From IMG/VR virus record IMGVR_UViG_3300046817_000857, positions 1 through 50,966 of that record: a stretch of DNA of 50,966 bases; one strand, given 5' to 3'. This document shows positions 1 through 7,939 of this stretch, piece after piece. Under the pieces are notes generated by a model. The model had not been told where the DNA came from. It saw only the letters and a list, made by a program, of their open reading frames with translations, and searched no databases. A program made the position numbers and the translations under genes. Source of the DNA: a virus. Lineage: Duplodnaviria; Caudoviricetes. Position 1 is the stretch's first letter. Every line of letters begins with the position of its first letter.

Positions 1-4
1 AGTC

Positions 5-202
5 ATGCGCCGCCTCGCCGAGGGCATCCCACCCTCCCCACCGGAGATTGAAATCATCGTGGCTGATATCCGTCGGCAGCGTGCGATCTACGAATCCGGG
101 GGGAAGAAGGCCCGCTCAATCGATGACGATGCCCTCGCGGATGTGATGAAGGTGATTAAAGGAGCGCAACCGCCAAAGGCACCGCTTAAGAGGAGGTTCT
201 AA
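5..202 (+). CDS. Hypothetical protein (5'-truncated copy of 50218-50436)
   Basis: Protein identical to the C-terminal 65 aa of ORF 50218-50436; nucleotide differences are synonymous. Confidence 0.8.
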   Translation: MRRLAEGIPPSPPEIEIIVADIRRQRAIYESGGKKARSIDDDALADVMKVIKGAQPPKAPLKRRF

Positions 203-369
203 TGCCCCGAGCCGCCTCCACCTATCGTGCAGCACGTCGTAACCTTCACAAAAAGGAACATCTTATATGGACCCCGAACTCACACTACCGCCACCAGAAA
301 GCGAAAGCGCCCCCTCTCCATTCCTCCCAGGCACCGATATCCAATTCGCCCTCGATTCGACGAGTATAG
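202..369 (+). CDS. Small basic protein (55 aa, MPRAASTYRAARRNLHKK...), overlapping the nuclease gene
   Basis: AGGAGG Shine-Dalgarno and taATG stop/start overlap. The frame stays open to the same stop in the divergent copy starting at 50436. Not in the ORF track. Confidence 0.5.
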   Translation: MPRAASTYRAARRNLHKKEHLIWTPNSHYRHQKAKAPPLHSSQAPISNSPSIRRV

Positions 370-1250
370 GGTATTTCAAAACCTGCCCGAGGCTGTACTA
401 CTACACCATGATCGAAGGCTGGCAGTCGAAGGACGAGTCGGTGCATCTCAAATTCGGGATCCTCTACCATGCGGCGCTTCATAACTATGACATCCTTCGA
501 CTTGAAGATCATGACCATGAAGAAGCTGTTTTTCAAGTCGTCCGGTGGCTTTGTGACAACCGCGAAGACTATCCGGACGTTTCGGAGGCGAAACCATCGA
601 TTCGTGCCAAGTCATTTGAGTCCCTTTTACGAACTGTCGTTTGGTACCTCGATAAATATCCCCGTGAAACAGATCCGGCGGAGACGGTAGTGTTGGAGAA
701 TGGGAAGCCGGCTTGTGAGCTTAGCTTCCGGCTGGAATTGGATTGGGGAGCAGCCCAACCCTACCTCCTCTGTGGCCACCTCGATCGTATAGTCAACTTC
801 CAAGACAACCTTTTTGTTATGGATCGAAAAACCACAACCTGGGCGTTGACTGCTTACTACTTCGATCAATGGTCCCCGAACAACCAAATGTCCCTCTACT
901 CCATCGCGGGGCAAATCGTAATCGGCTCTCCGGTGCGCGGTGTAATCATCGACGCTGCGGAGGTGAAGGGGCCAAATTCAAAATCCCCTGGTTATTCCGA
1001 GTTCGCACGGGGGTTTACCTTCCGCACCCCAGACCAAAACGAAGAATGGCTCGCCGACCTTCGTGTCTGGACCTCTGCCATGGAAGCCTGTGCGACCTCG
1101 GGAAGCTGGCCTATGAACGAGGCGTCCTGTGGAAACTATGGAGGGTGCAAATTTAGAGAGGTTTGCTCCAAGTCCCCCAGCGTGCGTGAGAACTTCCTCA
1201 AATCCGAATTCACAAGAGGTGAGAAATGGAATCCCCTAAAAGCGAGGTGA
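267..1250 (+). CDS. PD-(D/E)XK exonuclease, Cas4/AddB-like with probable Fe-S cluster
   Basis: N-terminal S..TCPR, G...H, catalytic GHLDRIV...VMDRKT, Q..LY, C-terminal C-x5-C-x5-C. Confidence 0.85.
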   Translation: MDPELTLPPPESESAPSPFLPGTDIQFALDSTSIGYFKTCPRLYYYTMIEGWQSKDESVHLKFGILYHAALHNYDILRLEDHDHEEAVFQVVRWLCDNREDYPDVSEAKPSIRAKSFESLLRTVVWYLDKYPRETDPAETVVLENGKPACELSFRLELDWGAAQPYLLCGHLDRIVNFQDNLFVMDRKTTTWALTAYYFDQWSPNNQMSLYSIAGQIVIGSPVRGVIIDAAEVKGPNSKSPGYSEFARGFTFRTPDQNEEWLADLRVWTSAMEACATSGSWPMNEASCGNYGGCKFREVCSKSPSVRENFLKSEFTRGEKWNPLKAR

Positions 1251-1417
1251 AGCTCCCTCGGCAACCGGAAAAGGTCCGTATTCACTTCACCGGCGATAAG
1301 CGTGATGTGGACCACTACATGAATTGGGTTGATCGAGTCATCACAAATGGTTCCTACGCTCACGTGGTGCGTCAGAACAACGTTCTTGTAGTCTACCCAG
1401 GAGCCGTCAATGACTGA
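1247..1417 (+). CDS. Hypothetical protein
   Basis: GTGA overlap with the upstream stop; tightly packed operon. Confidence 0.55.
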   Translation: MKLPRQPEKVRIHFTGDKRDVDHYMNWVDRVITNGSYAHVVRQNNVLVVYPGAVND

Positions 1418-1628
1418 TCCACGCGTCCGCTACAAACTCATCCTCGGTAAGTTCGCCGTGGGGAAGGTCAACGAGCGCGGAGCCTCTCTTGAGTTCTCCA
1501 TCGAGCTCCCAGGCCTAGGGCGGCTCATTTGCACCGGGCCAAAAGCCGACGTCCACGAAGGCGACCTTCTCACACTCTACACGGAGATCCTTGCAAATGC
1601 CGAGTCTAGCAAACCATCAGTCGAATGA
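1410..1628 (+). CDS. Hypothetical protein
   Basis: AGGAG SD; overlaps both neighbours in the operon. Confidence 0.65.
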   Translation: MTDPRVRYKLILGKFAVGKVNERGASLEFSIELPGLGRLICTGPKADVHEGDLLTLYTEILANAESSKPSVE

Positions 1629-2421
1629 ATTCACCAAGCTCTTGATCGAAGGAGACTCCAAAAGTGGAAAAACTGGTAGCCTTGCTTCTCTCGTTGCCGC
1701 AGGATACAAGCTACGAATTCTCGATTTTGATAACGGGCTCGATGTGCTCAAACAATTTGTCCTTCGAGACTGTCCAAATAACATCAATCACGTCGAATTC
1801 CGAACTCTCCGAGATGATCGAACTGCTTCGAGCGAAGGTCCAAAGATCGCTGGAAAGCCGAAGGCCTTTATCAACGCCTACAAGATGATCGACCACTGGA
1901 GATACGACGATGTGGACCTTGGAGTGCCAAGTGAGTGGGGGCCGGATTGTATCCTGGTTATTGACTCCCTCACCTTTATGTCTGACGCAGCCTTCGACTT
2001 CCACGAGTCCGTTACCCCTGGGTCCACCTCAGGAAAGCATGACATTCGAGCAGTTTACAAATCTGCTCAGGATGCTGTTGAACATGTCCTCGCATTCATC
2101 ACCTCCGCCAGCTTCCGAACCAACGTCATCGTGATTTCCCATGTCAAATACATGGAGATTGAAGGCGCAACCAAGGGCTATCCTGTTTCCGTTGGCAGCG
2201 CTCTGTCCCCCGCCATTCCGAGGTACTTTAACTCGGTCATTCGCTTTGTAACCAAGTCAGGAGGAAAACGTGTAATCGAAACCGTCGCGTCGAGTATGTT
2301 CGACCTCGCTAACCCTAAGCCCTTCGAGATGGAGAAAACCCTCGATATCGAAGATGGATTGGCGAGGTTCTTTGCCACCCTACGTCCACAAGTCGTGAAA
2401 CCGAAACTCAGAAAGGTATAG
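1597..2421 (+). CDS. Phage AAA ATPase, Sak4-like single-strand annealing protein (AAA_24-like)
   Basis: Walker A GDSKSGKT, ILDFDNG, Walker B LVIDS, VISH. Lies between a nuclease and an SSB. Confidence 0.8.
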   Translation: MPSLANHQSNEFTKLLIEGDSKSGKTGSLASLVAAGYKLRILDFDNGLDVLKQFVLRDCPNNINHVEFRTLRDDRTASSEGPKIAGKPKAFINAYKMIDHWRYDDVDLGVPSEWGPDCILVIDSLTFMSDAAFDFHESVTPGSTSGKHDIRAVYKSAQDAVEHVLAFITSASFRTNVIVISHVKYMEIEGATKGYPVSVGSALSPAIPRYFNSVIRFVTKSGGKRVIETVASSMFDLANPKPFEMEKTLDIEDGLARFFATLRPQVVKPKLRKV

Positions 2422-2424
2422 TCC

Positions 2425-2901
2425 ATGGCCCAGCCTAAACTCGCAGATATCCTCGAAGCTGAATCCTCTGGAAAGGTTGACCGTCCGAAACCGGTCCCGG
2501 TGGGGAGCTACCTCGCCAAGATCGTTGGGCAGCCGGAACGGGGCAACTCAGAAAAGAAAGGCACCCCCTTCATCCGCTTCGCTGGGGAGTTCATCGAGGC
2601 TCAGGATGATGTTGATGAGGACGACCTCGGGGAGTGGGCAGCGCGGGAGGATGGCTCTGCCCGTTCCCTCCGTGGCACCTCGCTGCCCAAGAACGGCCTG
2701 ACCTTCTACACCACGCCAGATGCCATTTGGCGGCTGGATAAGTTCTACGAAGACCTCGGCGTGCTGGAGAAAGGCAAGTCGCGGAATGACATGGCTGAGG
2801 AAGCTGTGGGGCAGGAGTTCATCGTGAACATCAACCACACCTCCTCGGACGACGGCGAAGCGACCTACGCGAATGTGAAGTCCACCGCGCCGACGGAGTA
2901 A
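2425..2901 (+). CDS. Putative single-stranded DNA-binding protein (DUF669-like)
   Basis: PVPVGSY...SEKKGTP...YANVK pattern; acidic; follows the Sak4-like gene. Confidence 0.65.
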   Translation: MAQPKLADILEAESSGKVDRPKPVPVGSYLAKIVGQPERGNSEKKGTPFIRFAGEFIEAQDDVDEDDLGEWAAREDGSARSLRGTSLPKNGLTFYTTPDAIWRLDKFYEDLGVLEKGKSRNDMAEEAVGQEFIVNINHTSSDDGEATYANVKSTAPTE

Positions 2902-2911
2902 AGATCAACCC

Positions 2912-2939
2912 TGGGAGGGGCTTCGGCTCCTCCCATTTT
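2912..2939 (+). terminator. Rho-independent terminator
   Basis: tgggaggggc-TTCG-gctcctccca stem with a cUUCGg tetraloop, followed by TTTT. Confidence 0.8.
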
Positions 2940-2952
2940 CATGGAGGGGAAG

Positions 2953-3117
2953 ATGCGTAAAGTAAAAGCATTGGACTTAAAAGCCTCTCGGTTATCCATT
3001 AGTTGCGCGGATGGAAGTTATTTTACGTTTGAGCTTAATCAAGATCAGCTTTTATTGTTAATCAAGCAAGCCGTCGAGGCTGTTTGGTTCGGCTATCTTT
3101 TGGTGCCTCGTGACTAA
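2953..3117 (+). CDS. Small hypothetical protein (54 aa, MRKVKALDLK...)
   Basis: GGAGG SD; fills the gap and overlaps the next start. Not in the ORF track. Confidence 0.55.
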   Translation: MRKVKALDLKASRLSISCADGSYFTFELNQDQLLLLIKQAVEAVWFGYLLVPRD

Positions 3118-4126
3118 GATCGCGATAGTCGGCGAGGCCTGGGGAGCCGAGGAGGAAAAGGAACGCACCCCCTTTATCGGTGCGTCAGGCTATCACCTAA
3201 CCAAGATGCTGAACGAGGTTGGGATCAACCGGGCGGATTGCCTGGTTACCAACGTCTTTAACCTCCGTCCCAAGGGGAATCGGGTTGAAACCCTCTGCGG
3301 GCCGAAGCCCTATGCCCTACCGGGCTACACGGCCCTCCTGAAGGGGAAGTACCTTCACAAGAAGTACGAACCCGAACTCCTTCGCCTCGGTGATGAACTC
3401 CTCGAAGCCGACCCGAACGTCATCATCGCCCTGGGCAACACTGCCATGTGGGCGCTCCTTGGCCGCACGGCTATATCAAAATTCCGCGGCACCACGGAGC
3501 TATCCACCCACACTGTATCCGGCTTCAAGGTCCTCTCCACCTACCACCCCGCAGCGGTGCTCCGTGATTGGTCCCTACGCCCAGTGGTGGTGAGTGACCT
3601 TCACAAAGCCGCGAGGGAATCGGAGTTCCCCGACCTCCGCCGACCCAAGCGGGAAGTCTGGATTGAGCCAACTATGGAGGACCTTTATGAATTCGACCGA
3701 ACCTACCTGGCAGGAACTGTTCGATTGTCTGTCGATATTGAAACAGCAGGATCGCAAATTACGTGTATTGGTTTCGCACCCTCGCCAGGTGTTGCTATCG
3801 TCATTCCATTTTTTGACACCCGAAAGAAGGGAAGAAGTTATTGGGACACTGAGCAACTTGAAAGGGACGCTTGGGCATACGTCAAGGGCGTTCTTGAGAG
3901 AGCATCGATCACTAAGCTCTTTCAAAACGGGCTCTATGATATAGCCTTTCTCTGGCGAGCGATGGGGATTAGGGTTGTGAATGCGACGGATGATACCATG
4001 CTCTTACATCACTCCCTTCAGCCGGAGTCCCTCAAAGGCCTTGGGTTTCTTGGCTCGCTCTACTGCGATGAAGGCCCTTGGAAGCACATGCGCGCGAAGC
4101 ATGAAACGATTAAGAAGGATGAATGA
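3110..4126 (+). CDS. Uracil-DNA glycosylase (family 4-like) fused to the N-terminal part of a 3'-5' exonuclease; N-terminal subunit of a split DNA polymerase A
   Basis: UDG motifs IVGEAWG.EE...PFIGASG and TYHPAAVLR, then ExoI SVDIET and ExoII FQNGLYD, and DDTMLLHH. Confidence 0.85.
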   Translation: MTKIAIVGEAWGAEEEKERTPFIGASGYHLTKMLNEVGINRADCLVTNVFNLRPKGNRVETLCGPKPYALPGYTALLKGKYLHKKYEPELLRLGDELLEADPNVIIALGNTAMWALLGRTAISKFRGTTELSTHTVSGFKVLSTYHPAAVLRDWSLRPVVVSDLHKAARESEFPDLRRPKREVWIEPTMEDLYEFDRTYLAGTVRLSVDIETAGSQITCIGFAPSPGVAIVIPFFDTRKKGRSYWDTEQLERDAWAYVKGVLERASITKLFQNGLYDIAFLWRAMGIRVVNATDDTMLLHHSLQPESLKGLGFLGSLYCDEGPWKHMRAKHETIKKDE

Positions 4127-4355
4127 TATGGGATTCACACCTGGAGACTTTACAACCCAAGATGGCACGAGCTATCATTGGGAAATAAAACACGGTGGAA
4201 GAATTGTACTGTGGGATAAGCTTGAAGCGGAGCAGATTCTATCACTTTCTACAGATGACGCAGGTAAAGCTGCATCCCAACTTCAGCTTCTCGTTGATAT
4301 GGCTCTTGCTTGGTCAGGAGATTTCAGCCGCCCACAAGTAAAACGTGACGAATGA
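4119..4355 (+). CDS. Small hypothetical protein inserted between the polymerase halves
   Basis: Open frame spanning the gap; its stop overlaps the pol ATG (ATGA). Confidence 0.6.
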   Translation: MNDMGFTPGDFTTQDGTSYHWEIKHGGRIVLWDKLEAEQILSLSTDDAGKAASQLQLLVDMALAWSGDFSRPQVKRDE

Positions 4356-5836
4356 AAATCATCGACACCTCCATCACCGATCCGGAAAACCTCACCCCAT
4401 GGGAAAAGGAGCAGGTATACAATGGCCTCGACTGTTGCATCACCAGCGAGGTGCTCGGCGTGCTTGAGCCCCAGCTTGACAATCATACCACAGACACTTA
4501 CAGATTTGCTAGAGAACTACAAGGTCCAGTGCTCGAAATGCGGCTTCGAGGAGTACTGGTTGATCAACATCGCAAAGCAGAAGTCATCGACGAGTACCTC
4601 GACAAGCTCGACATCTTCGAAACCTCCCTCGAAGCCATCGTCCGCAACGCCTGTGGAATCTTCGGCTTCAACTGGCGCAGCCCCACCCAACTCCAGGAGC
4701 TCTTCTATGATCGCCTTAGAATTCCCCCTGTACGATGGAAAGGCAGGCCTACGGTCAATCGCGGGGCTCTTGAGAGGATTGAGTGCTACCCGATCGCCTG
4801 GGCGATTATACAGCACATTAAGGCAATGCGTGATCTGGCAAAGAAAGTATCGGTTCTCAAGACTGAGATTGACTCTGATGGTCGAATGCGAACTTCCTAC
4901 AACATCGGAGGCACGACTACTGGGAGACTATCCTCGTCCTATAGTGAGTTTGGGACAGGGACGAACTTGCAGAATATCGAAGAGGCGCTTCGGTCAATTT
5001 TTATCGCCGACCGAGGGATGAAAATGGGGTACGCAGATGCGGAACAAGGTGAGTCAAGGGTTGTCGGAGCGATTGAATGGAATCTATTCCAGATCGGCAC
5101 CTATCTCGATGCATGTGAAGGTGGAGATCTCCACACAAACGTCGCCAAGCTCGTCTGGCCACGTCTTGCCTGGACAGGTAATCCTAAAGTTGATCGAAAG
5201 CTGGCTGAGCGACCCTACTACCGTCATTATGACAGACGGTTTATGTGTAAAAAGATTGGACACGGTAGTAACTACGGAGGCAAGCCAAGAACATTGGCCA
5301 CCCAAGCTAAAGTAGATATTGAGTTGATCGAGGACTTCCAGCCGAAGTACTTCGGTGCCTTCCCAGCGCACCACGAATGGCACAACTGGACCAAGGACCA
5401 GCTTCGGGACTTCGGCTACCTCGTTTCCCTCACGGGGCGCAAGCGGTATTTCTGGGGCCGGAAAGATGACGACTCCACCTTCCGTGAGGCGGTAGCTTTC
5501 CAAGGCCAGGCCCTGGGGGATATCCTCAACCGGGGGATGCTAAACGTCTGGCGGGAGAACAACTGCCAACTCTTAATGCAAATCCACGACGCAATCCTAT
5601 TCCAATACCCCGAAAAGGAGGAAGATGAAATCCTCCCCAAGGTCATTTCCCAGCTGCGCTACCCGATTGAACTCGAAGGAGGCCGACAATTCAACATCCC
5701 CTACGGCTGCAAAACCGGCTGGAATTTTGGGGTCTACGACTCGAAGGACAATCCAGATGGGCTTAAAGAATTCAAAGGCGGGGACAAACGGAAGCGGACG
5801 CCGCAAGTTAACCTCATGGATCGACCGGTTCGTTAA
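4352..5836 (+). CDS. polA: DNA polymerase family A (ExoIII motif plus polymerase domain)
   Basis: ExoIII YNGLD, TTTGRLSSS, NLQNI, motif A YADAEQGESR, motif B RFMCKKIGHGSNYG, motif C QIHD. Confidence 0.92.
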   Translation: MKIIDTSITDPENLTPWEKEQVYNGLDCCITSEVLGVLEPQLDNHTTDTYRFARELQGPVLEMRLRGVLVDQHRKAEVIDEYLDKLDIFETSLEAIVRNACGIFGFNWRSPTQLQELFYDRLRIPPVRWKGRPTVNRGALERIECYPIAWAIIQHIKAMRDLAKKVSVLKTEIDSDGRMRTSYNIGGTTTGRLSSSYSEFGTGTNLQNIEEALRSIFIADRGMKMGYADAEQGESRVVGAIEWNLFQIGTYLDACEGGDLHTNVAKLVWPRLAWTGNPKVDRKLAERPYYRHYDRRFMCKKIGHGSNYGGKPRTLATQAKVDIELIEDFQPKYFGAFPAHHEWHNWTKDQLRDFGYLVSLTGRKRYFWGRKDDDSTFREAVAFQGQALGDILNRGMLNVWRENNCQLLMQIHDAILFQYPEKEEDEILPKVISQLRYPIELEGGRQFNIPYGCKTGWNFGVYDSKDNPDGLKEFKGGDKRKRTPQVNLMDRPVR

Positions 5837-7004
5837 CTACGCAGAAGAGGAGGCGGAAAGCTGTGCGATTTATAGAAAATGGTGCGGAATTACCGCGGTT
5901 GCTGCGTGTTTGGAGCAAAAGGTGTGGCTTAAATCCCCGGCACCGCTATATCCAAATCTTTACACTCTTTTGGTCGGCCCTCCTGCCGTGGGAAAGAGTC
6001 GTACTATTGGGGTGGCTAGGTCTCTTTTGGGTACTCTTACTGATTTCCCTTTTGCGCCTACTTCTGTAACCATGGCAGCCCTAGTCGACTCCCTCAAGGA
6101 ATGCGAGCGCAAGTACACCCAGGTTCCAGGGCCTACTGTCTTTTACAACTCAATGACGCTGGTGCCAGATGATCTCCAAGTCCTCATGTCAACTTACGAT
6201 CTCAGTCTCATCGCTGGACTCACAACATTCTATGACGTTAACCACCCGTATAGAGAACAAAGACGAACTGGGGATCTCAGAATCGAAATTAAACGACCCC
6301 AGCTTTCTATCCTGGGTGGAACAACACCTTCACACTTGTTTGGATTCATACCTGAAGAGGCTTGGAGCCAGGGGTTCACCTCGAGGATGATCCTGGTTTA
6401 CTCCGATGAGAAAATCAAAAAGCGAGTGCGATTTACCTTCGATGACCAAAAGAAACCCGATGACCTGATCCACGATCTGAAGATCATCAACTCACTCATA
6501 GGGGAGTTCAGCGTCGATGAAAAAGCACTTGCAGCTTTTGAAAACTGGATCGAGGCTGGTGAGCCCCCCGTCCCCTCACACAAACGGCTGGAGCATTATC
6601 TTGGGCGCAGGTACCCGCACCTGCTCAAGCTGTCGATGGTGTCGTCGGTTGATCGGGGGAATAGTCTTGTCATCGCGGTCGAAGACTTCAACCGAGCTCT
6701 CGGTTGGTTGATTGAGGTAGAGCACGCTATGCCCAGGATATTTGCTGAGGGGCCGAGGTCGGTGGAGTCGAAGGTGATGGAGGAGGTGCATTATTTTATT
6801 AAGCAATTGGATATCGCTGGCTTGGGAATCCCCGAATCCAAGGTGAAGAACTTCGTCCTCCAACGGGTATCCCCAATGCAATACAAAGCCTTCTTCGAGG
6901 CGCTTGAGATTGGGGGGTATATCAAGCGCGCTGGGCACGATAAGACGACGAAGGAACCACGGTGGATCGCGATGAACCGGGAGGTTAGTGGATCCCTCGG
7001 GTAA
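5757..7004 (+). CDS. P-loop NTPase, DUF3987-like; putative replicative helicase
   Basis: YPNLYTLLVGPPAVGKS Walker A, SILGGTTP, GFTSR. Start chosen at the ATG with a GAAGGA SD. Confidence 0.7.
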   Translation: MGLKNSKAGTNGSGRRKLTSWIDRFVNYAEEEAESCAIYRKWCGITAVAACLEQKVWLKSPAPLYPNLYTLLVGPPAVGKSRTIGVARSLLGTLTDFPFAPTSVTMAALVDSLKECERKYTQVPGPTVFYNSMTLVPDDLQVLMSTYDLSLIAGLTTFYDVNHPYREQRRTGDLRIEIKRPQLSILGGTTPSHLFGFIPEEAWSQGFTSRMILVYSDEKIKKRVRFTFDDQKKPDDLIHDLKIINSLIGEFSVDEKALAAFENWIEAGEPPVPSHKRLEHYLGRRYPHLLKLSMVSSVDRGNSLVIAVEDFNRALGWLIEVEHAMPRIFAEGPRSVESKVMEEVHYFIKQLDIAGLGIPESKVKNFVLQRVSPMQYKAFFEALEIGGYIKRAGHDKTTKEPRWIAMNREVSGSLG

Positions 7005-7149
7005 GCCCCCCGATCAATTCACTCGCGATCCAACATGCTACTGCCAGCCAGCCAAGATGCCAGTAGGTGTTGGGGATCGGGCTCCATCGCGCAGCGATGC
7101 ACGCGAAGACGAAGGCGAAGACGAGGAGGATTGGTCCAACGTTCTGCAT
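6985..7149 (-). CDS. Small two-TM membrane protein (54 aa, MQNVGPILLVFAFVFACIAA...)
   Basis: GGAGA SD; two hydrophobic segments; last gene of the late operon. Not in the ORF track. Confidence 0.65.
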   Translation of the reverse strand: MQNVGPILLVFAFVFACIAARWSPIPNTYWHLGWLAVACWIASELIGGLTRGIH

Positions 7150-7150
7150 A

Positions 7151-7315
7151 TCACAGTCTCCCGGTTAAGAGTAAGATCACAAGCACGATTACCAGTATCC
7201 CCACGATTCCCACCCCTCCATGGCCGTAGCCATAGCCGTATCCCCAGGGGAGCACGTCACCGCCGAGGCCACCGAAGAGGATTAGAATTAGGATTATCAA
7301 TAAAATCAAACTCAT
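7151..7315 (-). CDS. DUF3309-like small membrane protein
   Basis: MSLILLIILILILFGG...WGYGYGYGHGGVGIVGILVIVLVILLLTGRL matches the DUF3309 pattern. Not in the ORF track. Confidence 0.75.
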   Translation of the reverse strand: MSLILLIILILILFGGLGGDVLPWGYGYGYGHGGVGIVGILVIVLVILLLTGRL

Positions 7316-7527
7316 GTTTTGCCCCTTTCTGCTTTTCCTTCGAGCACACCCTTTGCGCGCTCAGCTTCGCCAGTGACCTTCACCAGCGCGTCCTTGATAC
7401 TGTTGGTATTTGTAGATAGTTCTTTTATATCCTTCGCATGTTTGCGTGAGACAATCAAGTTATAGACCGCGATACAGGCAAAGATAAACTCTCCCATTCC
7501 GCGGAGGAAGTCGCCTATATCTCCCAT
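7312..7527 (-). CDS. Single-TM membrane protein, holin/lysis accessory candidate
   Basis: N-terminal TM followed by a coiled, charged tail; lies in the lysis cassette. Confidence 0.55.
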   Translation of the reverse strand: MGDIGDFLRGMGEFIFACIAVYNLIVSRKHAKDIKELSTNTNSIKDALVKVTGEAERAKGVLEGKAERGKT

Positions 7528-7540
7528 AACACAGATCCTT

Positions 7541-7939
7541 TTACGTTTTAACTTTCTCACTCGGAGAGGCATCGGCCACTGCCTGGGAGGTGACAACCAC
7601 CGCCTTCACTTCAGGTTGGGCTGCAACCGCATCCCGCAGCGTCGCTGGCGCCACCGCCTGCACAGCCTGTACCAACGCACGAGGCTCCGCAGCCTGCACC
7701 GCAGCGACCTTGGCTTGCGTTGTGGCATTATGCGCTGACCACCAACCCATGGCAAGGGTGGCTATCGGCCCCACGCCAATGGCGATTTCCTTTATCCCAT
7801 TGAAGATATGGTCGAAGTCGGTCATCAGATCTGTACTGGAGGTCTGGGACATAATCCCAAACACCGTCGCTGCGCCAGCAACGTAGGAAACAAGATGCTT
7901 CCCACTAGCCAGCAGTACACTCAACTGATCCTGGGTCAT
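7541..7939 (-). CDS. Putative holin
   Basis: Two hydrophobic segments; immediately downstream of the endolysin. Confidence 0.6.
   Translation of the reverse strand: MTQDQLSVLLASGKHLVSYVAGAATVFGIMSQTSSTDLMTDFDHIFNGIKEIAIGVGPIATLAMGWWSAHNATTQAKVAAVQAAEPRALVQAVQAVAPATLRDAVAAQPEVKAVVVTSQAVADASPSEKVKT

Larger units (their letters stand above)
1..732. repeat. Terminal direct repeat, copy 1 (imperfect match to 50235-50966); genome circularity/overlap
   Basis: Both copies start agtcatgcgccgcctcgcc and end gagcttagcttccggc. The first 99 and last 76 nt are identical; the interior has many substitutions, mostly at third codon positions. Confidence 0.95.

Noticed and set aside
4127-4351. Group I/II intron or intein in the polymerase
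   Set aside because: Only ~225 nt, fully occupied by an ORF, with no recognisable intron core, homing-endonuclease or intein motifs; pol has its own coupled ATG.
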